Of a DNA stretch of 64,000 nt, positions 11,934 to 22,034 are shown piece after piece. The stretch's first letter is position 1. Each line of letters begins with the position of its first letter. The stretch is taken from NCBI GenBank assembly GCA_946965045.2, contig OX337232.1, positions 3,162,001 through 3,226,000 of the forward strand, read 5' to 3'. The DNA comes from Epithemia pelagica. Taxonomy: Eukaryota > Protista > Bacillariophyta. A program made the translations under genes and the position numbers. Under the pieces are notes generated by a model that was not told the origin of the DNA, made no database searches, and saw nothing but the letters and a program-made list of their open reading frames with translations.

Positions 11934-13280
11934 GATGCGGCGGATGCCGTTGCGGTTGCAACAGCAACAGGACGCAAAGTCTTTGCAGCATTGTCGTCGT
12001 CACTCTTGTGGTTTGCTTCCACACACGTGGGTGGGTTCCCACCCACAGCAGCAGGCACGGCCAAGACGGACGAAATATAGGTGGCCTGTTCGCGCAAGCG
12101 TTGTTGACGGCACCACTGAGTAAATTGTTGGTACTTCCACAACCCTCCAATGCGAGTGGGAATGCTGGTTTTGGGAATTCCCAACTCATGCCGCAACACC
12201 TCCACCAATTGGCCGGCTTGTTCTTCCGTGTGTACGTGCCAATTGTCTCGAACCTGTTCCACAATACTCAAAATGGTCCGTTGAATCGCTTGTTCCATGC
12301 CCTGGCGTGCTCCCGATGGTGGCAATTGATTCAAAATGTGGAAATGAACCTGTAAAAGAACGTGCAACCGTGTCAGCCATGCATCGAAGCAAACCCAATC
12401 AGCCTCTTTGGCTCTAGCAATAAGTATATGTCAATAAGCCTACCTTGACGGGCAAGGACCGTTTCATGAGTGCCACACTGGTACGAATCAGTTCGAGATC
12501 CAAGGGGGCGGCTCGTGGTTGAATCAACAAGACACAAAACAAAATGCCCTTGGTTTGAGCCATGGTACTGTCTCGTCGTTGACTACTACTGCTGAGGCAC
12601 TGAAACATGTAAAACAAGCATCGCAATCGTTGGGTGCGACTGGCCGTGGACAAGCATCGCGTTCGATCACAAAAGACCACGTCTTGACCCGTCCGGGTGG
12701 ACACGGCGGGCAACCAAACAATGTGACCCGCTTGCAAGGCAATGCAGTCGTCGGGAGACAAGGCTCCACTTCCCGTTTGCGTCATGGGCAAAAAGGCTCG
12801 TTCCGGACCAAAAAGCCAGAGTCGATCGTGCCAATACTGGACCAATCGTTCGGCCGCTTGCCAGGCATTGCCATTGCAATACCGCCAAAACCGAACAAAA
12901 GGAGTTTCATGACGAACAATGTCGGAACAAATACGACAGGCTTGTTCGTAGGCTTGTTTGCGAGAGGCTGGAATCCATACCAAGGCCTATATATACACAT
13001 GTGGAGAAAAAGCCCAGAAACATATACACAGAAATTCGCATCATGAGAGTTTGAAAGAAGCAGCAAACCAACGATACACCAGGATCTGTACCTCTTGGAC
13101 TTGTTGTTCAATCTGCGTCATGTCCAACACACGATTCGGAGTGCCCGTTGTTGTGCAGGACTCTTGCGACAAGAGCGATTCTGCGTGTGATGGTTGTTGC
13201 CGCAGTGGATTATTGGGGGTCTTCTCATCATGACGATGGTCGTAATCTGTCACCGCCGAATTCAACGACGAGGCTTGCAT
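11336..13280 (-). CDS. CRAL-TRIO-like N-terminal domain plus C-terminal bZIP protein (exons ~13280-13092, 12986-12444, 12349-11336)
   Basis: Phase-0 GT/AG joins QVQE|ALVWIP and LPVK|VHFHIL. The N-terminal part (ETPFVRFWRYCNGNAWQAAERLVQYW...LFG) resembles CRAL-TRIO-like domains. Basic region RKRKRLINVIHSREKRERRK (N-x7-R) is followed by a heptad leucine zipper. Confidence 0.75.
11883..11933 (+). repeat. (GTT)17 microsatellite encoding a poly-Thr tract in the bZIP gene
   Basis: Perfect trinucleotide run read directly from the sequence. Confidence 0.95.
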
Positions 13281-14174
13281 CTTCTTTCCTGCGTGTATCG
13301 TTCTCACAAAGAACGTCCTCGATATGGTTGTGTTTTAGGTTCTCTCTTGCGGTGTGTATTCTTCATGTCGTCATGGCGGAAGCAGCAAATTGGAGCGACA
13401 CCGGGTTGTAATCTGTCCGATCCGGCGGGTGTATAACTTCTGTCATCCATCCGACATTTTTCTTTTTTCATTTTAGTTTTTACTTGAAATTATAACTCAG
13501 TTTTTTCTCTAAAAGCAGTAATTATAACGTCCATAGCAACTGTCATAACTGGCTTCGCGCGCTTCGCCCTGGATACGGAGCACGACGCGAAGAAATCCCA
13601 CACAAGGATGAACAGTGAACACACACGTGAAACAGAAAAAAACATGCACAAACACAAGACAAGTGGCAATGGCCCACAACAAGGAAAGCTCTTAGTACAT
13701 TGACTGCAACTAAAATACAAGCATAGTCAACTCTATATGTATCTAGGTACTCCTCCTATTTCTTTAGGCTTCCTGGCCCTATCCATTGTATTGTGTCCTT
13801 CCTTAGACTCTGATGTCGTCCACACACTGGTTGATTGTCATCTTGTCATTTTTCATCCTTCTTCTCATTCGGTTGATTGCCGCGTTTACTGATGATCCAG
13901 GGGGTAGATCTTGACAGTAGTATTCATGCTATGGTCATTCATTTTGCTGATTGGTTGATTTTGTTGCAGCCCCATTGTCATTTCTTGTGGTTCGTCGAAA
14001 AGTGAAAAGTGAGACGATTCATGGCACAAAATACGAGGCGAGGCCGGCGTTCAGATTTCAAAGATCGAAGGCAGGCTGACGATTTGACATGGCAGGCGCT
14101 TTCGAAAAAAAACAAGAGGCCAAAGTTGGGCAACGCACGAAGGACAGAAAATATACACCTCTTGAATCGTTCCC

Positions 14175-14365
14175 TTTGCTGCGAGGAGTAGCTTCGAGGA
14201 GGGAGGCACGAGGAGGGGCGTAACGACGAGAAGGGCAATAGGTCCGAGGAGTGGACTGCCCCCCGCGTCAGCGGATATAGGGGCAGTCCACGACGAGGAC
14301 CTATTGCCCTTCGAGGAGTTACGCCCCGACGAGTGCCCCCGACGAGAAGCGTTCCGAGCAGCAAA
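14175..14365 (+). other. 191-nt strand-specific fold-back with four double tandem-G.A internal motifs
   Basis: Helices tttgctg/cagcaaa, gctt/aagc, ggaggca/tgcccc, gggcgtaa/ttacgccc, aagggcaataggtc/gacctattgccctt and tggactgcccc/ggggcagtcca are separated by opposed CGAGGAG/CGACGAG heptamers. Apical mini-hairpin ccgc-gtca-gcgg. Confidence 0.9.
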
Positions 14366-14632
14366 TGTCATAGGCGTCCGTTGCGTCCGAGGGGGGGGGG
14401 GGGGTAATAAAGTACGTTGAGTTTTCTAATTGTTTGGAATACATAGGAAAACAGTACCATTGTAAAGAAAGATTACTTACGACAGTTAGGAACAAACTAA
14501 TTAGGACTCACAAATATACTTAGAGGTTACCTAGGAGCTACGAGTTTCCAAGCAGATAAAGTGGCCGCATTTGTGTGTTGGGCGTTGTGTTTTGTGTTTT
14601 CATCATTCGTTTTGAAAAAGGAAGACCTGACC

Positions 14633-17600
14633 ATGACGAAACCTCCTACGGCCGTTGTCAGCCCCATGCCTTCCAAGGACAAGGAACATCGTGGCATTGT
14701 GTCTTCTCCTATCTCCATTGCGTCTTCTTCGTCGTCTTTGTCGTCGTGTTCATCGTCTTCGTCATCTTTATCGTTGTGTTCATCCTCGTCGGACGCCATC
14801 TCACTCGCCTTCGTACCTTTGGACGGTACCTTCGTTCCAAAGATGGATGAATGCACTGGGAGCGACACCGACACTCACAGTGTTCATTCCGATCCTTGGT
14901 ACCTTCCCAAGTTGGAGAAAATGTAAGTTTGATTGTTGTTTTTCGTCATTGTCGACCAGTCTTCCTTCCTGCGACTCTTCCTTCCTTCCTTTTTCTTCCT
15001 GCGCGCGTACCCCGCCTCATCCATTTTTGAATTCGTTGCTGTGTTTACCGTGCAAAACAAACCTCACACTTTTTCTTCCATTGCCATTTTTGCATCGCAT
15101 TGCAGGAAACGAAAGACCATGGCAAAGACTCCACTCCGCCTCCGTCGCTCGAAGCGCCAACTTGCTGCCGCGGCAGCCAAGAAAAAGTACCAGGATGATG
15201 TCGACGATGACATTCCACGCTCCCCTGTTCGGAAAGCCCCTCGAAAGAAGCTCCTTCGGAAGAAAACGGTCCCTCCACCCGTCGTCGACGACGGGAAGGA
15301 GAACCTTCCTCCCCCTCCTCTTTCCTCTTGTCGTCGCCCGAAAGAAAGGTAAGTTGTTGTATCATCGCTGTCTTCTTCTTCTGCTTCTTCTCTGTATGAT
15401 TGTTGTGTCTGACAAGAATGGTCTCCTCCCTTTCAGCACCAATCCGAAGAAGGTCCCTCCTTCCATTTTGGACCAGGACGACGATGACGACGACGATGAT
15501 CTTCCTCCTCTTCAGCCCTTTGTAGACGATGATGAAGACGACGACGACGATTTCTTCAAGTATTTGGAAGATTCCGACGACGAGGAACCACTGGACGAAC
15601 ATCATCCTCCTGCTGCCATTGGTCCCCCATCTCCACTCGATACACGAACCATTGCCATGGCATGCATCAAGCAGAGACATGTGACCGAAAATGAGGATGG
15701 CGAGCTGATGATTGCGGAGCATCGAAAACTCCCCGTGGATGTGCCACACACCAAGGACAGTATTCAGTACTGGAACACCTTTGCTCGCATCAGTGAGGAT
15801 GTGTACGAAGACGAGAACCACAAGTACGACGTTCGCGAGCTCTCGCAGAACTCGGAGTCGTACAACAAGGCCAAGGCGGACTCTTTCAAACGATTCTTGG
15901 ACATTCTCCGTCGCCATAAAGAACACTATAGAGGACTCGCGGCACCCATCATTGATCCTGATACTGAAAAGGGCGAGAATTTGAAGGTGCCCAAGCTTTT
16001 TGTTGCTCTCAGGGGGGGGTATTACTCGTGGCAAACTTGGGTTGTTGAATTCTCTCTGCATGATTTTCTGCATGAATCTGCGCATGGCTGGGTACAAAAA
16101 GGGGGAGCACGATCCCCACGACCCCAAGTATCACTACCAGCCAAACACGACCGGCAAAGTGCTCAATCACATCTTTTCCATCCTGCGAGCCAATGGAGTC
16201 GTGATCACGCAGTCGGACCTCAAAGGGGAGGGCTCGTACCATGCCTACTTGGAGAACTTGTGGTCGGAAACCGCCACCGTCCGTTCTGAGTTTGGCCGAC
16301 TTCCCAAACGAGCCGGAGTTTGCCTCAACGACGAGAAGTCCATGCAAAAGTATGCGAGTCCTCCACTTCGTCCGTTCGAAATTTACAAGGATCTCCTCAT
16401 GATGGTGTTCTACAAAGTCTGCCGTGACTGTAGTTTTCGATGTCTAGAGGTACGTCCACGATCCGTTGGATTGTCGTATGGATCACACGCTTCTCACCTC
16501 TGCTTGTTGTTTCTACTCAGATGCATTTAGCAAAAGTAACAGACTTTCTATTTGTTAAAAGTCTAGATGATTCGCACGGCGATCTCGCTGGTAAGGCGGC
16601 GATCATCCCTCTTGACTCCGGTCACCATAAGAATGTAAAATTGACTCTTGCCAACCCTTCGTTCCGGCGCGCAGTGGATTGCAAAGGGAACATGACTGTG
16701 GAAAACCCCAAGGATCCATGGAGCACCTACAAACTGGTCATGGAGTACCGTAGAGTTGCCCACCCGCCGGGTTGGAAAGGGCTATTCTTCCTTCGTGAAG
16801 CACCCGCCAAAGTAATTGCTACACGCGCTGACGGATCGACTCACCGTGCCTGGACGGATCTTGTTCCTGATATGTCGAAAACAAAGATTAATCCATTGAC
16901 TGGCATGCGTCCTGGTGGAAAGTTGGGCGAAAATTTCGCTGCACGCAACACGAAAGAGTTGGCTAAGCGTTGTGGTTTCGAAGGAACCGGCAACTTTACT
17001 GGTCGTTCCGCTCGGAGAACTGGGATCACCACGGTTGCGAACTCGGGCGTTCCTCAACCTCTTGCAACAAATTACGGCCGCCACAAGGGTGAAAAGATCA
17101 ACTTTGAGTATCAAGAAGTGACGGACCACTCGAAACAGAGGGCAGTGACGGCCCATTGGTACATGCCATCCGATGACGAAGAAGAAACCAAAAAAGGTAC
17201 GTTGTTGTCTGACTGATGCATGTTGTTACTACTTCTGTATCTTACCTCTCTACTGTTCTCGTTTCAGAGGAACCTAAGAAAAAATCTCCACCAGTAGCCG
17301 CAAAAAAAGACGACGAAGACGAACCACCCCCGCTCCTTCCTCCTTCTGCATGGGACAACAACAACACAACAAACACCACACACTCTCATCACCAACACGA
17401 CAACTACCAGCACAACTACCAGCGCAACGAGAGTCGCAGTCACTACCACCAACGCGACAACCACTTCAATCGGTCGCCTCCTCCTCCTCCCCCTCATTCT
17501 CGATCGTACTCCTACCGTTCGAGCGATCGTAACCATGGTGGGTGGACTCCTCCTCCACCTCCACCATCGTATGGACCCCGTTACGATCATTACCGCGGGC

Positions 17601-17830
17601 CTTCCCCTCCGCCACCCCCTCCTCGATCATATTCGCCACCTCCTCCTGTTCCTTCGTCCCGTGTGAATGGCCCAACGGCCCATCACTATCACCATCATTC
17701 CTCGCCACCACCGCCTCCACGTCAGTATCCTGCATCTTCTTCGTGGCCTAACCACGGCAACCACCACAGTGGCTATCACCGACATGGCGGTGATCAATAC
17801 CATTACAACCACGGGGGTCGTCACTACTGA
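14633..17830 (+). CDS. Tyrosine recombinase (Crypton/DUF3504-like); exons 14633-14922, 15106-15348, 15437-16449, 16521-17196, 17268-17830; apparent frameshift at G8 run 16012-16019
   Basis: Four canonical introns keep the frame. Box I Arg in SFRCLE|M. Box II TGRSARRTGITTVANSGVP...YGRHKGEKINFEYQE supplies R, H and the catalytic Tyr. The upstream block LLNSLCMIFCMNLR...YQPNTTGKVL resembles the Crypton/ZMYM-type binding domain. The C-terminal tail is Pro/His/Tyr-rich. Confidence 0.82.
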
Positions 17831-18027
17831 ATGACAGAATGAAATGGGTAAGTTACTTCGTTTGATTTGCTGTCTGTCTATTGCTATTCTCTCACCATCT
17901 TCGTCTTAACAGGTTGATGCTTGAGCTCTTTGTGATGTTCGCTACAAATCCATAGGTAAGTTTGTCTTTTGCTGTTCCTTCTTGATTGCTGTGTTCTTTC
18001 CAAAGGCATGTCTAACCTTAATCTTGA

Positions 18028-18091
18028 TTTCTCTTTGATTTTGGTCCTTCTCGAATGCCGTTTCTCTTTGATTTTGGTCCTCCTCGAATGC
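18028..18091 (+). repeat. 31-bp direct duplication (33-bp period)
   Basis: tttctctttgattttggtcct(t/c)ctcgaatgc occurs at 18028 and 18061. Confidence 0.9.
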
Positions 18092-18352
18092 ATTCACCCT
18101 CCCTATTCCTTGTTGATTGTTGTCTCTTAATGGCTCTCTTCGATTTCTGTTTTTTCTGGTGCTATCTGTTGTTTTTGCTTTGTCTTGCCTTTGTCTTTGC
18201 CTTTCTCTGCCTTGCCTTCCTTCTTTGGTTGTCGACTTGTCTCGCCTTGTATCTCTCTTTGGTTGGTCTTCATGTCTCGCCTTTATCCTTTGGTCTGGTT
18301 GGTTGTGATGTCCTTTTTGTTACATTGTCTTTGTCCTGGCTCTGCTGTTGTT

Positions 18353-18406
18353 TGTTCTTGTTGCTATTGTTGTTCTTGTTGCTATTGTTGTTCTTGTTGC
18401 TATTGT
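18353..18406 (+). repeat. 18-bp minisatellite x3
   Basis: tgttcttgttgctattgt repeated three times in tandem. Confidence 0.9.
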
Positions 18407-19133
18407 TGTTGCTTTTGTTGCACGCGGTTTGTTTTTCGTGGTCTGTTTCGGCTCATTTTGTGACGGTTTCCGTTCGCCTCATTTTTTCGGTTTTTCCCAC
18501 GACCGAAAATTTTACTTATGTACACTAAAATTAAAACTTGAGTACAGTAAAATTCGGGCTATAGTAACTAGGCACGTGCGGGGGGAATACATCCCCCCCG
18601 AGGATCAGCGGTCGTGTCAAACACAAATTTCAGGGGGTCGCGGATAGTCTCCAAGCCATCGGAAAAATCCATAATCTCCGACAATGGCAGTAAAAGATCG
18701 AAGTCGCTTTCGATTTGGAAGCCATCCAGGACAACGCGGAACGAACGCAATCTCGGAACAAACAAGAATCACAAGAAGAAAGCTACAAGGAGAAAGGGAA
18801 AAGAGGGGGAGCGAGTAAATCATTGGAAAGGAACTGGGTGTGTTGTGAGAGGGGATGGACAGCGCCACAACGCTCTCCAACCAACCACGTGTTGTGGTTT
18901 GACAATGAGGATCGGAACGAAATGGGTTCGCCCTACTGAAACTCTTGGGGGCGGAGTTTGAACACAAAGCTTTGAATCGCGGATCCAATCGTCAGGGATT
19001 GCTACCAAGGCCCAACTATGAGTCCAGAATGAAAGACTGCAACGCGTAGAGTGATACACAAATGTGTACAAGGACTATGCAAGGTTTTCTTACAGCATAT
19101 ACTACAGGCACAGGTACAGAGATTTATAGCGTC

Positions 19134-21509
19134 TTACAGAAGAAAGATGGGTCCCAGAATGGAGAGTAACACAAGCCCCTGTGGAACCATGCTGAACCAA
19201 CTCAAGGCCACTCCTGCCGAGGAATCCAGACCATGACTCTTGCATGTGCCATTGAACGCCGGGCCTGGACCAAAGGTCCGATTAACTTGTTCCAGCTCCG
19301 TTAGCTCTTTTGCGTGCCACGAGGCGTTGCATCCAGGAATGGAAATATCATATCCACATACCCACGGCAATTTTCCCAAGACTTTTCGGCGGGGATAATA
19401 CAAGACGTAGCTGATGCACATTTCGTCACTCGATCCTTCACCAAAGCGAACCACGTCTTTTGTGTCGGTTCCGTCATTAGGGAGTAACGGGTGCGACTTG
19501 TGGATGTGGTAGTGGTGGGGGTGGGGCTGCGATAGACGCAGCGAGTTCGAATGGAATCTCCCGGATACACGTCAAACGACGGTGTACGGAAATTGGGCAC
19601 GCCCTGTTGATCAAAGTCAAAAAAGTCCAACCGAGACGAATGAAAGACTTGGCCATATCGTAGAATTTCGTTCGTCACGGCAACTCCCCGTCGATGCATG
19701 TGTGCCTTTTCGTGAAAGACATGAATGGGCTGTTGCTCCCCATCATTATTACCCGATAAGGCCATGGCCGAGCATGACGATGGACAGACAAATGTATGCT
19801 CGGAAAGGCCCGGACTCAAGGGAGTGCCACGTAAATTGGTACTGGGATCACCCGATGCCATGACCCCCATTTCAAGTTGTCGAAGCTTGGTCGAGTAATA
19901 GAAGCGCACCCCGCTGTTCTCAATCACACCACTATCCAGATTGGGATTGTCAAAGTGAACTTCCTGTAGAGAATTGTGGAGGGCGGCAACGGCAACAATA
20001 AACACACGAGCATGAGATATGACGTTCCAAGGCATTCAAATGTTCATGTTGCGCAGAACTTACAATACGTATTGATTTGTGTCCATCCTGTCCCCCAAAC
20101 TTGATTCCAACGTCATCGGGGAGGTCATAGGGATATTCTCCCACTGCCCAACCGTACATGAGCTATATCCAGGGACAGCAGAGACGCATCGTAAGAAAGG
20201 AAATTAACCTTCAGCAACAGAGCAAGAAAATGCCAGGATCGGTCTGAATTGGAGCCATGCCTCAACGTACCTCAATCATGGATGATGTTTCCGAACAATC
20301 AGTCGCATCCACGAAGTCATTAGCACCACCATACGTTGTGAAATGATGCATGTACGAACTGTACTCGTCGGTTCGCGTGACACCATCCGCCGTTCGGACA
20401 TTGAAAAAGGCTTCTGCCGCAATCACCATAAATTCGGTATCTTTAACGAGGGGAGCTTGATCGACAATATCTTGCCATGAGAGGCAAAAGTTATGATATG
20501 TGGTATCCGTGTTGTCAGGTAGCTCAAAATCAGTGCTCCTCAAAACGAAAAAACCATCCGCCTCTTGTTCCATTTTGTTGGCGAACCGTACACGCTCGTC
20601 GTGTTCTTCTTGGCCTCGATAGAATCGCACAGCTCCCCTTGTTCTGCGAGGACCATGGTACGACACACGAGGAGTGTCTCCCCAAGCGGCAATGACGCGA
20701 TGAGCGGGCAGGAGGACATTGGAATCGTTAAAAATCATGCGGTCGTGGGAATCGCCAGTGTCAATCAAACGTTTGGCTTCCACAATCATAAAATCACCAT
20801 ACATACCGGAATGAATGAGCACCCAATCCTGGCAGGGGTCGGCCAATGGAAGTCGTTGATCCAAAATATGGGCATCGGTGATTTTGAATGGGGACAATGC
20901 TTCTTGTCCCAATCTACTCCTTGCAGGTTCTTCCTCGGCTTGTTCCACTAGAAGGACATCGGATCCTCGCATTCCCCCCGCTTCACTGATTCCAAACGCC
21001 ATGAAACCTTTGGCTCGAGCAATAAGAGCGACTTCAATGGTATCTGGTTCATCGTTGTTACCGTCGGCGCCGCTGGACGAAAATCGCCAATGCAAGGCAA
21101 ATCCTTCATGCTCCATCGAACCGCTGGCATCGTCCACGGGGAAGAATTGCGAGACTGGAAATTGGCGATCGCCTCGCTCTTGTACCCATTCCAGGTATCC
21201 GTCATTGTTTGATTCCCCACCAAAGTACGTTGTCGGTTCGTTAGACTGTGGTGCAATTGTGTGCCGTAGCTGTCGATGGCTTTTATCGAATGAGGAACGG
21301 ATCCCACCAACGGAGGACATGGGCACTGCCTCACTTTTCTCGATGCACAGAGTCGTTGCAGCAGCAATGAACAAGAGAACCAGCCATGTCTTGGTCGGAC
21401 CATGCGAATGCAACCTCCGACAATGCGGATTTAGACCGACGAAGAAATCCATGTTTTGCATCTGTAAGAGATGCCTAGCTTCCGCTGTATATGGCACGAC
21501 GAGAGACAT
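19134..21509 (-). CDS. DOMON-domain copper type II ascorbate-dependent monooxygenase (DBH/MOXD-like); introns 20270-20163 and 20063-19964; frame change near 19457-19530
   Basis: Signal peptide, then DOMON (ALHWRF...MAFGISEAGGMRGSDV...DSHDR...AAWG). Copper ligands MHHF, EVHF, AHMH and DEMC are present. C-terminal hydrophobic tail. Confidence 0.85.
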
Positions 21510-22034
21510 GAGTCGTCTCGAGAGATAAAATGAGCCGCCAGAACACACAACAAACAAAATGGCGTTGTCGACCGACGGTTCTCACCGCGCTCAACTTATG
21601 CCCACAAAATGCGGGGCTTATCAGACTTACTTGACAACGTGTATCTTTCAGTCACAGTTCCTTTCTTGTCGGTGGTTTATTCCCGACATAAACTGTCGTC
21701 TGTCATGCGACAGGATGTTACGCGAATCAGTGGATGAATGCGGGACTACTCTTTCGTACCCTGGTATGTTCCGTAGCATGATAGATACTCTTAGCCTTAT
21801 TAATAACGAATACTTCGACCTAGTAGAGGGGTTCACGATGGGACTCCATCAGACCGTGCCCATACGGTCTCTCTCGCCCATTCCTATTTGTTGTCTCCGA
21901 ATCAGATGCCGAACAGCAAAAGCCGTAGCAGCCGAACAAGAACGACGGTGCAAACGATACGCATCTCGCGCAAGTAGCATCATAACATTACATGCGCATA
22001 TTATTTCCCCCTTGTTGGTCGTGTCGTCGAGACT

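Larger units (their letters stand above)
13440..18600 (+). mobile_element. Crypton-like tyrosine-recombinase element (boundaries approximate)
   Basis: Contains a spliced tyrosine-recombinase gene with no RT, RNase H or DDE ORF. AT-rich blocks flank it at ~13450-13530 and ~18500-18550. No TIR, TSD or terminal repeat could be fixed, so the limits are inferred. Confidence 0.55.

Noticed and set aside
14182-14346. Heptamer array read as a CRISPR-like repeat-spacer array
   Set aside because: The repeats are only 7 bp, the spacers are mutually complementary, the locus is eukaryotic and there are no cas genes. It is a fold-back, reported as such.
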